From Candidatus Hydrogenedentota bacterium (GTDB lineage: Bacteria > Hydrogenedentota > Hydrogenedentia > Hydrogenedentales > SLHB01): a stretch of 45,283 bases of DNA. The notes under the pieces were generated by a model. The model was not told where the DNA came from. It was given only the letters and a program-made list of their open reading frames with translations, and did no database searches. Positions 30,301-39,530 of this stretch are shown here, piece after piece. The stretch spans positions 1 to 45,283 of the forward strand of contig JARKSN010000169.1 of NCBI GenBank assembly GCA_029974275.1, in the 5' to 3' direction. Every line of letters starts with the position of its first letter. Positions within the stretch are counted from its first letter, which is position 1. A program made the translations under genes and the position numbers.

Positions 30301-31084
30301 ATCCATGGCTTTTGCAGCGCTTCTTTTCCTGGCGGCTCCTCTTTCCCTGGGCGCCGCAGCCGTTCCCCCGGAAGCTCCCTTGCCGCCAGCGAGCAACGAC
30401 CGCCCCGCGGACCCTTTCCTGTCCACCGCGCCTCCGCCCATCGAGATCACCCCTTTGGCTGTTTCCCAAGGCGAAGAGGAACTTCCTGTCCCGGCGGATT
30501 CGATCGCAGCTTCCGAAACGATTGACCCCTCGCCCAGCGCCGCTAAATTGCGAGAAGCGATCGCCATCAACGATAGCGAGGCGCGCCTGCCCAACGCGTC
30601 AGACGCCCCCCCCCCGCAACCGCGGACGAACGCCTACGCCGCGTTGCAAGCCATCGGCGCGCTATGCGTCGTGATCGCCCTCATCCTCCTCTTGAGCTGG
30701 GCTTTGCGCAAATACGGCAAGAATGCGCCAATCTTCGCCCATGCCAAACTCGGCCAATTGCTGGGGCGGATATATCTGGACCGCAACGCCTGTCTCTATT
30801 ATGTGCGGACAGGCGGACGCGTTCTGGCGATCGGCGCGACCCGAAACGGGCTGAGCCTCATCGCCGAATTCGACGAGGCAGCCTTCGATCTTCGAGCGCC
30901 CCAATCCGAGATCGCTCCTTCGCCTCGCTTACGGTTCGTGGACTATTTGAAGGCCAGCGCCCAGCGCATGGAACGCGATCCAGACCGTCCGCCCATCGAT
31001 GACGCCGATCTGGCGTCATTGCGCGGCGATATCCAACGGTTGCAGGAGCGTCTTCGGGAGACGGCCGGTGACTCCAAAGAATAA
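30284..31084 (+). CDS. fliO: FliO-family flagellar export chaperone with N-terminal extension
   Basis: TM segment ALCVVIALILLLSWALRKY, then a FliO-like domain (LGRIYL...LYYVR.GGR.LAIG); lies between fliN and fliP. Confidence 0.75.
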   Translation: MKKKHRSMAFAALLFLAAPLSLGAAAVPPEAPLPPASNDRPADPFLSTAPPPIEITPLAVSQGEEELPVPADSIAASETIDPSPSAAKLREAIAINDSEARLPNASDAPPPQPRTNAYAALQAIGALCVVIALILLLSWALRKYGKNAPIFAHAKLGQLLGRIYLDRNACLYYVRTGGRVLAIGATRNGLSLIAEFDEAAFDLRAPQSEIAPSPRLRFVDYLKASAQRMERDPDRPPIDDADLASLRGDIQRLQERLRETAGDSKE

Positions 31085-31838
31085 AGTGCGTCTTCTGTTC
31101 TTTTTTCTCGCGGCTCTTGCCGTATGTTCGGATGCCCTTGCCCAAACGACGCCTGGAAATCCCCTGAACATCGACTTGGCCGACATGGCGCAACAGGCCG
31201 TTTCCCCGGCCCGCATTTCGACGACCATGACGCTCATGTTTCTCCTGACGGCCCTGTCTCTCGCGCCGGCCATCCTCGTCATGACCACATCCTTCACGCG
31301 CATCATCGTCGTGTTCGGTTTCTTGCGACAAGCTCTGGCCACGCAGCAATCCCCGCCGAACCAAGTGCTCATCGGTTTGGCGCTGTTCCTTACGGCAGCC
31401 ATCATGCTGCCCACCTACGAACGCGCCAACCGGGAAGGTCTCCAACCCTACATACGCGGCGAACTCTCCGCGCAACAATCATGGGACCGCGGCATCGAGC
31501 CGCTGCGGGAATTCATGTTCAAGCAGACCGACGCCAAATCCCTCGCGCTGTTCCTGAAAATCGGAAAACTAGGCCGCCCGAAGTCGCCCGACGACGTCCC
31601 CACGACCGTGCTGATTCCCGCGTACATTGTCAGCGAACTCCGCATCGCCTTCCAGATTGGTTTCATTATTTACATCCCGTTTCTAATCATCGACATGGTC
31701 GTCGCCAGCACGCTCATGGCGATGGGGATGATGATGTTGCCGCCGGTGTTCGTATCGCTGCCATTCAAGATCATTATGTTCGTGCTCGCCGACGGCTGGT
31801 ATTTGGTCGTGGAGTCGCTGGTGCGGAGTTTCAACTAA
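31068..31838 (+). CDS. fliP: Flagellar export gate protein FliP
   Basis: LSLAPAIL.MTTSFTRI, QQSPPNQVLIGLALFLT, MGMMMLPP, LPFK..FVLADGW. Confidence 0.97.
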   Translation: MTPKNKVRLLFFFLAALAVCSDALAQTTPGNPLNIDLADMAQQAVSPARISTTMTLMFLLTALSLAPAILVMTTSFTRIIVVFGFLRQALATQQSPPNQVLIGLALFLTAAIMLPTYERANREGLQPYIRGELSAQQSWDRGIEPLREFMFKQTDAKSLALFLKIGKLGRPKSPDDVPTTVLIPAYIVSELRIAFQIGFIIYIPFLIIDMVVASTLMAMGMMMLPPVFVSLPFKIIMFVLADGWYLVVESLVRSFN

Positions 31839-32716
31839 ACCGGTGAGGCGGAACACTCGTTTCGCACGAGTTCCAGGAAAAGGCAGGCTGCCTTTGTGCG
31901 GTACGCGCTGTGCCGGGTGACGGCAGCGATGTGGAGCGTGGGGAGGCCTGCCACGACGACTGTGGCGAGTCTTTTGTCCGAAGGCGTCACGGCCATTTCG
32001 GGAAGGAACGCAAGCCCCACGCCTTCCGCGACGTACCGCTTGATCACCTCGAAACTGCCGCTGTCGAGCGCAACCTTCGGCTCAAAAGCGGCTTGGCGGA
32101 AACATTCACGCAACAAAGCCCCCGTACGGGTCTGCGGCTGCAACAGCAATAGCGGTTCGCCTTCAAGGAGACGAAGCCCCACTTTGCTACGTTTCGCCAA
32201 TGGGTGCTTTTGCGGAGTCACGAGCACAAGGCGCTGGCGCAGGAGTTCCTGCTGCACAAGGTCGGTTTGCGAAACAGGAAGCGTTACAATGCCAAGGTCT
32301 AGCTCGCCTTGATGCACCTGTTCGGCGATGGCCTCCGACGAACGGTGAGCCAACGCTAAGTGCACGCCGGGCATCGCGCGGGAAAACGCACGCACGACAG
32401 GCGGCAAGACATACATCGCCGTCGTGTCGCTCGTGCCCACGCGCAGTTCGCCGGAGAGAGATTCGTCGAAGTCGTGCAGCTCGCGCACCAGCCCATCGAG
32501 TTCGGCGGAGATATGACGCGCGCGTGCGTACAGCAGTTGCCCTGCAGGGGTGGGTTGGCACGTGCGGCGCTCTAGCAACACGTGCCCTAACTCGCGCTCC
32601 AGAAGTTTTACCTGTTGACTGACAGCGGGCTGGGAACAGCGCAAGCGCTGGGCCGCCTTGCGAAAACTCCCTTCTTCCAATACCGCACAAAAGTGGCGGA
32701 TGCTCTCGTAGCGCAT
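31835..32716 (-). CDS. LysR-family transcriptional regulator
   Basis: SFRKAA..L..SQPAVSQQVKLLERELG HTH and a C-terminal substrate-binding domain (V..G.G.AFLP). Confidence 0.95.
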   Translation of the reverse strand: MRYESIRHFCAVLEEGSFRKAAQRLRCSQPAVSQQVKLLERELGHVLLERRTCQPTPAGQLLYARARHISAELDGLVRELHDFDESLSGELRVGTSDTTAMYVLPPVVRAFSRAMPGVHLALAHRSSEAIAEQVHQGELDLGIVTLPVSQTDLVQQELLRQRLVLVTPQKHPLAKRSKVGLRLLEGEPLLLLQPQTRTGALLRECFRQAAFEPKVALDSGSFEVIKRYVAEGVGLAFLPEMAVTPSDKRLATVVVAGLPTLHIAAVTRHSAYRTKAACLFLELVRNECSASPV

Positions 32717-32717
32717 G

Positions 32718-32732
32718 ATAAGTTTTCCTTAT
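32718..32732. promoter_or_regulatory. Putative LysR recognition site (T-N11-A dyad)
   Basis: ATAAG-TTTTC-CTTAT inverted repeat abutting the LysR start codon, in an AT-rich divergent spacer. Confidence 0.6.
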
Positions 32733-32754
32733 GAGATATATAATAACATTTCCA

Positions 32755-32783
32755 TTGACTTATTTCACGCATCCGGGTAGCGT
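32755..32783 (+). promoter_or_regulatory. Putative sigma70 promoter of purM-purL-purQ
   Basis: TTGACT, 17-bp spacer, TAGCGT. Confidence 0.5.
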
Positions 32784-32841
32784 AGCGGATGCGCAGGATA
32801 TCCGATGCGCGGGCGACGATATGAAACAGCGGGGATCCGTC

Positions 32842-33915
32842 ATGAGCAAAGACAAAAAAACGAAACTGAGCTATCGCGACGCGGGCGTGAATATCGACGC
32901 CGCCGACGAAGCATTGGGCCAGATGAAGGAAGTCGTCAAGCGGACTTTCGACGATAACGTTTTGTGCGACATCGGCTCCTTTGGGGCGATGTACCAGTTT
33001 GACCCCAGCGGTTTCGAAGAGCCGGTGCTCGTCTCCAGCGTTGATGGCGTCGGCACGAAGCTGAAGATCGCCTTCATGATGAACAAGCACGATACCGTCG
33101 GCATCGACCTTGTGTCGCATTGCGTGAACGACATTCTTGTGCAGGGCGCGCGCCCGATCTTTTTTTTGGATTATCTTGCGTTTGGGAAATTACAGCCCGG
33201 CGTGGTCGTCGACGTCGTGCGCGGTCTTGCGACCGGATGCCGGTATGCGGGGTGTGCGCTCATAGGCGGCGAGACCGCCGAAATGCCGGGCATGTACGCC
33301 GAGGGCGAATACGACGTGGCCGGCACGATTGTCGGCGTGGTGGATCGAAAAAAGATCGTTGATGGATCGACCATCCAGGAGGGCGATGTCGTCATTGGCC
33401 TGCACTCATCGGGGCTACACACCAATGGCTACAGTCTCGCGCGCAAGATTTGCTTCGATGTCGCGGGCTTGGCCCACAGCGATCCGATGCCCGGCGTGGG
33501 AATGAGCGTGGGGGAAGCGCTGCTCGAGCCGCATCGCAGCTACGCCAAGGTAATACAAGTCCTGATGAAGATCGTGCGCGTGAAAGGCATGGCGCACATT
33601 ACGGGCGGCGGCATCACCGACAATCTTCCGCGGGCCCTTCCCCCGGGGCTGGGAGCGGAAATCGATCTCGGCGCCTGGGAGGCTCCCCCGCTCTTTAAGT
33701 TCCTTCAAGAAGCGGGCGGCGTCGAAGAGCGAGAGATGCTGCGCACCTTCAACATGGGCATGGGATATTTGGTGGCGGTCGCGAAGGAAGATGAGGAAAA
33801 GGCCATGACCGCCCTCACGCAAGCATGCGAAGAACCTCGCGTCATCGGGCGGGTTATTGCAGGCGATCGAAAGGTCGTCTATCGCGGGAGTTTGCGCTAT
33901 GCCGCATCGCATTGA
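32842..33915 (+). CDS. purM: AIR synthetase (phosphoribosylformylglycinamidine cyclo-ligase)
   Basis: Y.DAGV.ID, DGVGTKL, GGETAEMPG, SSGLHTNGYSL, AHITGGG, FNMGMG. Confidence 0.97.
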   Translation: MSKDKKTKLSYRDAGVNIDAADEALGQMKEVVKRTFDDNVLCDIGSFGAMYQFDPSGFEEPVLVSSVDGVGTKLKIAFMMNKHDTVGIDLVSHCVNDILVQGARPIFFLDYLAFGKLQPGVVVDVVRGLATGCRYAGCALIGGETAEMPGMYAEGEYDVAGTIVGVVDRKKIVDGSTIQEGDVVIGLHSSGLHTNGYSLARKICFDVAGLAHSDPMPGVGMSVGEALLEPHRSYAKVIQVLMKIVRVKGMAHITGGGITDNLPRALPPGLGAEIDLGAWEAPPLFKFLQEAGGVEEREMLRTFNMGMGYLVAVAKEDEEKAMTALTQACEEPRVIGRVIAGDRKVVYRGSLRYAASH

Positions 33916-36859
33916 AGTGGGCATGAAACCGGGCTCCATTGATCCGGCGGGTCTCGATGTCAAACACCGCATTGCCGAGGACCTCGACATTCACGTCGGG
34001 GAGGTGCGCGTGGTCGACGTCTATACCGTCAACGCGGACCTGAATCGAGAAGAACTGGATCGGGTGCGCACGGAGCTTTTCACGGATCCGGTGATCCAGG
34101 TAAGCGCACTCGACAAATCGTTGCTGGCGAACTATGACTATGCAATCGAGGTCGGTTTCCGCCCAGGCGTGACGGACAATGTGGGCAAGAGTTCCGCCGA
34201 GGGCGTCGCCGACACGCTCGGACGTTCCCTGGCGATCGACGAGGCGGTGTACAAATCCACGATCTATGCCATAAGCGGCGTTGATTCAGCGAAAACCTGC
34301 GATCATATCGCGCGCGATCTCCTTGCAAACGAACTGATTCAGCGATGGGTCGTGAAGTCGCGCGACGAAATGACGGCCCTTGACGGCGTTTCTCTTTTGG
34401 GTTTGCCCATCGTTACCGATCGCAGCGATGCGACGGTGCGCGAGGTGAGTCTGGCCATTTCAGACGATGACCTCGCGCAGTTGAGCCGCGACCGCATGCT
34501 GGCGCTCGAATTGCGCGAGATGAAGGTCATTCAAGGCTATTACTGCCGCGACGATGTGCGCGCTCGTCGCGCTGTGTTGGGTCTTCCTGCGCACCCGACG
34601 GACATCGAGCTCGAGATTCTGGCGCAGACATGGTCGGAGCATTGCAAGCACAAGATTTTCGATGCGCGTATTCGGTACGACGATGGAAGCGGAAAGGCGC
34701 GCGCAATCGACAGCCTCTTCAAAACCTACGTCAAGGGAACAACCTCGGAAGTCGCGAAGCGAATCGACTGGCTGATCAGCGTTTTTCACGACAACGCAGG
34801 CATCATCAAGTTTGACGAGAACTGGCATTTCGCGCTGAAAGCCGAAACGCACAATAGCCCTTCCGCGCTCGATCCCTATGGCGGCGCGATCACCGGCATT
34901 GTCGGCGTGAACCGCGACATTCTCGGCGCGGGCATGGGCTGTAAGTGCATTTTCAACACGGACGTGTTTTGCTTCGCGTCCCCCTTTCACGACGGCGCCA
35001 TCCCTTCGCGATTGCTTCATCCGCGGCGCGTATTGCGCGGCGTGCATCAGGGCGTGAAGGATGGCGGCAACCAGAGCGGCATCCCCGATCTCAATGGCGC
35101 CATCGTTTTTCATGAACGATTCCTCGGCAAGCCGCTGGTTTTTTGCGGCACAGCGGGGCTTATTCCGACTGTCGTCGCGGGCAAGCCGAGTCACGAAAAA
35201 GGCGCACGGGCAGGCGACTGCATCGTGATGTGCGGCGGACGCATCGGCAAAGACGGCATTCACGGCGCGACGTTTTCCTCGGAAGAACTGCACGAAGGTT
35301 CGCCCGCTACCGCCGTGCAGATTGGCGACGCGATCACGCAAAAGAAGATGGCCGATTTTCTGCTCGAAGCGCGCGACCTTGGTCTGTATACCTGTGTGAC
35401 CGACAACGGCGCGGGCGGCCTGTCGTCGAGCGTAGGCGAAATGGCGCGCGTCCCTGGCGGCGCCGCTATTCATCTGGACAAGGCTCCGCTGAAGTACCCC
35501 GGTCTTGCGCCGTGGGAAATTTTCTTGTCGGAGGCGCAGGAGCGGATGACGTGTTCCGTATCGCCCGACAAACTCGATGCCTTCATAACGCTCGCAAGAC
35601 GTCGCGCCGTGGAGGCGACGGTCCTCGGCACGTTCACCGACAACGGTCGTCTCGAGTGCTATTACGAGGACAAGCTAATCGCGTCGCTTGATATGGATTT
35701 TCTGCACGACGGCCTGCCGCGCATGGACTTGACCGCCGTGTGGACAGCGCCCAAGACGGAGACCGTCGAGGTTGTTGGCAGTGCAGACCTCGCCGACGAT
35801 TTGAAGGCCGTGCTCGCCTCGTTGAACGTGTGCAGCAAAGAAACCTTCGTGCGCATGTACGACCACGAAGTGCTGGGGCAGAGCGTTCTCAAGCAATTCC
35901 AAGGCGTGATGCATGACGGTCCCGGCGATGCGGGCGTGATTCGCCCTGTGCCGGGTTCGCACAAAGGCATCGCAATCGGTTGCGGCATTGTTCCGAAATA
36001 CAGCGATCTCGACACGTATTCGATGATGGCGTGCGCGATTGACGAGGCCGTGCGCAACTTGATTTGCGTCGGCGCGGAGATGGGCACGATTGCCGGGCTT
36101 GACAATTTCTGCTGGCCCGACCCGGTCCAGAGCGAGAAGACGCCGGACGGCGAATACAAGCTCGCGCAGCTTGTGCGCGCATGCGAGGCGCTGTACGACG
36201 TCTGCGTCGCGTACGGCATCCCGCTGATCTCCGGAAAAGACAGCATGAAGAATGACTACAAAATCGGCGCGACAAAGATATCGATTCCGCCCACGGTCTT
36301 GTTCACGGCGGCATCGGTGCTTGAAGATGTGCGCAGGGTTGTGTCGATGGATGTGAAACGTCCAGGCGACCTCGTGTATGTCCTCGGCGTGACAAAGGAC
36401 GAGATGGGCGGCAGCGAATTTTTGGCGATGCGCGGTCAACTCGGCGGCGTTCCGCCCACTGTGGACACGGGAAAATTTCTCGATCTTTACCGCAAGCTTT
36501 CCGCCGCGATGAAGCAAGAGTTGGTGGCGTCGTGTCATGATTGTTCCGACGGCGGATTGGGCGCGACGATCGCGGAGACGGCCTTCGCGGGCGGATACGG
36601 GATTGTTGCAGACCTGAGCGCGCTGGGCGTCGCGAATGCGGCGGTCGCGTTGTTCAGCGAATCGCAAGGCCGCTTCGTCGCGACGGTGCGCGCGAAGGAC
36701 CAAGAGGCCTTCGAGAAAACCCTGGCGGGTTCCGCTTGCCGCCGCGTCGGCAACGTGACCGCGGAGCCGTCGCTGCGATTGACATTGCCCGGCGGCATTT
36801 GTTGCGACGCGCCTCTTGCGGAACTCAAAGAGGCTTGGCAGAAAACGCTGCGCTGGTAG
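33899..36859 (+). CDS. purL: FGAM synthase subunit PurL with PurS-like N-terminal extension (986 aa)
   Basis: AQTWSEHCKHK, KAETHNSPS.LDPYGGA, DGIHGATFSS, D.GAGGLSS, SEAQERM, ISGKDS, SCHDCSDGG; N-terminus contains PGVTDN and LLANELI. Confidence 0.95.
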   Translation: MPHRIEVGMKPGSIDPAGLDVKHRIAEDLDIHVGEVRVVDVYTVNADLNREELDRVRTELFTDPVIQVSALDKSLLANYDYAIEVGFRPGVTDNVGKSSAEGVADTLGRSLAIDEAVYKSTIYAISGVDSAKTCDHIARDLLANELIQRWVVKSRDEMTALDGVSLLGLPIVTDRSDATVREVSLAISDDDLAQLSRDRMLALELREMKVIQGYYCRDDVRARRAVLGLPAHPTDIELEILAQTWSEHCKHKIFDARIRYDDGSGKARAIDSLFKTYVKGTTSEVAKRIDWLISVFHDNAGIIKFDENWHFALKAETHNSPSALDPYGGAITGIVGVNRDILGAGMGCKCIFNTDVFCFASPFHDGAIPSRLLHPRRVLRGVHQGVKDGGNQSGIPDLNGAIVFHERFLGKPLVFCGTAGLIPTVVAGKPSHEKGARAGDCIVMCGGRIGKDGIHGATFSSEELHEGSPATAVQIGDAITQKKMADFLLEARDLGLYTCVTDNGAGGLSSSVGEMARVPGGAAIHLDKAPLKYPGLAPWEIFLSEAQERMTCSVSPDKLDAFITLARRRAVEATVLGTFTDNGRLECYYEDKLIASLDMDFLHDGLPRMDLTAVWTAPKTETVEVVGSADLADDLKAVLASLNVCSKETFVRMYDHEVLGQSVLKQFQGVMHDGPGDAGVIRPVPGSHKGIAIGCGIVPKYSDLDTYSMMACAIDEAVRNLICVGAEMGTIAGLDNFCWPDPVQSEKTPDGEYKLAQLVRACEALYDVCVAYGIPLISGKDSMKNDYKIGATKISIPPTVLFTAASVLEDVRRVVSMDVKRPGDLVYVLGVTKDEMGGSEFLAMRGQLGGVPPTVDTGKFLDLYRKLSAAMKQELVASCHDCSDGGLGATIAETAFAGGYGIVADLSALGVANAAVALFSESQGRFVATVRAKDQEAFEKTLAGSACRRVGNVTAEPSLRLTLPGGICCDAPLAELKEAWQKTLRW

Positions 36860-36879
36860 CGCGCTATAGAGGTGATTCG

Positions 36880-37665
36880 GTGAACGTACGAGCGCTCATT
36901 CTTACGGGCTTCGGCATCAACTGCGACGCGGAGACGCAGGTGGCGTTTGAACGTGCAGGCGCGCTTGCCGAGCGCGTGCATCTGAACGATCTGATCGAGG
37001 CGCCCGAGCGCTTCCGCGATTTCCAGATCATGGCCATTCCCGGAGGATTTTCGTTCGGCGACGATGTCGCATCCGGCAAGGTCCTCGCGAACCGCCTGCG
37101 TTATCGGCTGGGCGATCCGCTCAAGCGGTTTATCGCCGACGGCAAGCTGATGATCGGCATCTGCAACGGTTTCCAGGTGATGGTGAAGATGGGCATACTC
37201 CCGATGTTCGACGCCCATTTTCGGCAAGATGTTACGCTTACCCACAACAATTCCGGGCGTTTCGAGGATCGTTGGGTGAACCTTGTGAGCGCCCACGGCA
37301 ATCGCTGCATCTGGACGCGCGGCATCGATGCCATCGAACTCCCAGTGCGTCATGGCGAAGGCAAGTTCATTCCTGCGGATGAAACCGCGCTGCGCCGCTT
37401 GTGGGACAACGGTCAAGTCGCGATACAGTACGCGACAAAAAGCGGCGCACTCGCCAATGGCGCGTTCCCGCAAAATCCCAATGGATCGGTGGACGACATC
37501 GCGGGCATATGCGATCCGACCGGGCGCGTCTTCGGCCTGATGCCGCATCCCGAGGCATTCATCGAACGCACCAACCATCCCGAATGGACGCGTCTTGCTC
37601 TTCCCGAAGAGGGCGCGGGCCTGCGTATCTTCAAAAACGCCGTTGACTATGTGCAACGCCTTTAG
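36880..37665 (+). CDS. purQ: FGAM synthase glutaminase subunit PurQ
   Basis: G.NCD.ET, PGGFSFGD, GICNGFQ (catalytic Cys), GLMPHPE; GTG start after gaggtga. Confidence 0.96.
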   Translation: MNVRALILTGFGINCDAETQVAFERAGALAERVHLNDLIEAPERFRDFQIMAIPGGFSFGDDVASGKVLANRLRYRLGDPLKRFIADGKLMIGICNGFQVMVKMGILPMFDAHFRQDVTLTHNNSGRFEDRWVNLVSAHGNRCIWTRGIDAIELPVRHGEGKFIPADETALRRLWDNGQVAIQYATKSGALANGAFPQNPNGSVDDIAGICDPTGRVFGLMPHPEAFIERTNHPEWTRLALPEEGAGLRIFKNAVDYVQRL

Positions 37666-37807
37666 GCCCTTTTCTCGCCGCTACTCGGGCGGAAAATGCG
37701 AAAACCGCTCGGTCGGCTGGGAAACGGAAAATTGCGCGTGCGGGTCTTGGTGCGATATACTGTACGTTCTTGACTAGCAGGGCATTTGAACCGGAAAGCG
37801 AGCGCTG

Positions 37808-38686
37808 ATGATCCGCAGCATGACAGGATTTGGCAAAGCCGCATGCGATGTAAACGGCAGAACCGTCTCGGTTGAGGTGAGTTCGGTCAACCATCGTTAC
37901 CTGGATTGCAGCGCCCGTGTGCCGATGGCGTGGGTCGCGCTCGAACCCGTTGTGAAACAAGTGGTTCGGGAGCATCTGTCGCGCGGCAAAGTCAATGTGA
38001 CGGTGAACCGGAAACGGGCGCAGACGACCGGCCAGGCGGTCCGGCTTGACCGAGAATTGGCGCGGCAATATGTGGATGCGTCCAAAGAACTTGGGCAATT
38101 GCTGGGCGCCTGCGAACCGTTGTCGCTGAGCGTTTTGGCGCAGATGGACGGCGTCTTTTTTCAGGAAGAAGAAGACGAGGACTTGGAGACCGCGAAGGAA
38201 CTGGTGACGGCCGTGGTCGGCGAGGCCTTGAAAAAGCTGGACGCCATGCGCGCACAGGAGGGCCAGGCGCTTGCGGATGATTTGCGCCTCCGCCTGAGCC
38301 ATATGCGCACGGTGTTGGCTTCTATCGAAGAACGATTGCCCGCGCTGAACGAGCGATACGAGACGCGTCTCCGCACGCGCATTGAAGAATTGAAGAGCGA
38401 CCTCTCGCTGACCGAGGAACGCATCGCGCTCGAGGTTGCCTTGATGGCCGAGAAGGGCGATGTGACGGAAGAGGTCGTGCGCCTCCGAACGCACTTGGAT
38501 CATGCCGAGGAATTGCTGTCTTCCGGAGAGGCGGTGGGGCGACGTCTGGACTTTCTCGCTCAAGAGATTCAGCGCGAAGTGAATACGCTTGGCGTGAAGA
38601 CGCGCGATGCAGACGTTGCCAAGGAAATTCTCGGGATGAAAGCCGAACTCGAAAAAATCCGAGAACAAGTGCAAAACATCGAGTGA
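37808..38686 (+). CDS. yicC: YicC/YloC-family endoribonuclease
   Basis: SMTGFG, VNHRYLD, RGKV, D..EE..RL..H, GRRLDFLAQEIQRE.NT, LEKIREQVQNIE. Confidence 0.95.
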   Translation: MIRSMTGFGKAACDVNGRTVSVEVSSVNHRYLDCSARVPMAWVALEPVVKQVVREHLSRGKVNVTVNRKRAQTTGQAVRLDRELARQYVDASKELGQLLGACEPLSLSVLAQMDGVFFQEEEDEDLETAKELVTAVVGEALKKLDAMRAQEGQALADDLRLRLSHMRTVLASIEERLPALNERYETRLRTRIEELKSDLSLTEERIALEVALMAEKGDVTEEVVRLRTHLDHAEELLSSGEAVGRRLDFLAQEIQREVNTLGVKTRDADVAKEILGMKAELEKIREQVQNIE

Positions 38687-38711
38687 CGTGGGGGATAGGA
38701 GCGAGATAGCG

Positions 38712-39281
38712 GTGCGCGGAAAGACCTTTGTGGTCTCTGCCCCCTCCGGTGCGGGCAAGCATACGGTGCTGCGCCAGGCGCTTGCGCGCGGTTCGAAATT
38801 GCGCTACTCGGTGTCGGCGACGACACGTCCGCCGCGTGCGGGCGAAGAAAATGGCCGCGAATATTTCTTTCTCGACCGCGCGGAGTTCGAAAAGCGCGCC
38901 GCCGCCGGAGAATTCGTCGAATGGGCCGAGGTTCACGGGAACTTATACGGAACGCTCCGTCGGACCATTGAAGACATTCTGGCGGCGGGTGAAGACGTTG
39001 TCCTGGAGATAGACGTCCAAGGCATGCGCAAACTGCGCACGGCCGGTCTGGCGTTTGTGTCGGTGTTCATCGCGCCGCCGTCAATGGAAGAGCTCGAACG
39101 GCGTTTGCGCGATCGACAGACGGACAGCGAGGCGCAAATTGCGCTTCGCTTGCGCAATGCGCGCGACGAAATGGCCGCGAAGGACGAATACGACTATTGC
39201 GTGGTGAATGACGAGATAGATCGAGCCGTAGCCGAATTCGAGCACATTATCCGGCAAGAACGATCTCGACGGAATGCATGA
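38712..39281 (+). CDS. gmk: Guanylate kinase (alternative GTG start at 38688)
   Basis: SAPSGAGK, SVSATTR.PR.GE..GREY.F, EWAEVHGNLYGT, LEIDVQG, FIAPPS. Confidence 0.96.
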   Translation: MRGKTFVVSAPSGAGKHTVLRQALARGSKLRYSVSATTRPPRAGEENGREYFFLDRAEFEKRAAAGEFVEWAEVHGNLYGTLRRTIEDILAAGEDVVLEIDVQGMRKLRTAGLAFVSVFIAPPSMEELERRLRDRQTDSEAQIALRLRNARDEMAAKDEYDYCVVNDEIDRAVAEFEHIIRQERSRRNA

Positions 39282-39308
39282 GACGAAGAGCAAGAGGAGC
39301 GCAGAAAG

Positions 39309-39530
39309 ATGGCGACGTTTTCACCGGAAGATTTCGAGGGCAAAATCGACAGCTTGTACCGGCTAGTGATTGTGGGATCGCGCCGCGCCGCCCAGATATC
39401 CAAGCCCGAGGCGCGCCCCCTGGTTCCCATCCGATCCAAAAAGCCGACCATGGTCGCTCTCGAAGAGATTCTGCGCGGCAAGGTCGGGTATCGTTTGGAG
39501 ACCGGCGATGGCGACGAATTCATCGAATGA
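39309..39530 (+). CDS. rpoZ: RNA polymerase omega subunit
   Basis: S.Y.LV...SRRA.QI...KP...ALEEI..G; canonical gmk-rpoZ-coaBC order; RBS aggag. Confidence 0.92.
   Translation: MATFSPEDFEGKIDSLYRLVIVGSRRAAQISKPEARPLVPIRSKKPTMVALEEILRGKVGYRLETGDGDEFIE

Noticed and set aside
20278..30594. Long antisense ORFs (e.g. 20278-22434, 24832-26394, 28408-30594)
   Set aside because: Shadow frames of GC-rich genes that have clear plus-strand identities; they show no motifs of their own.
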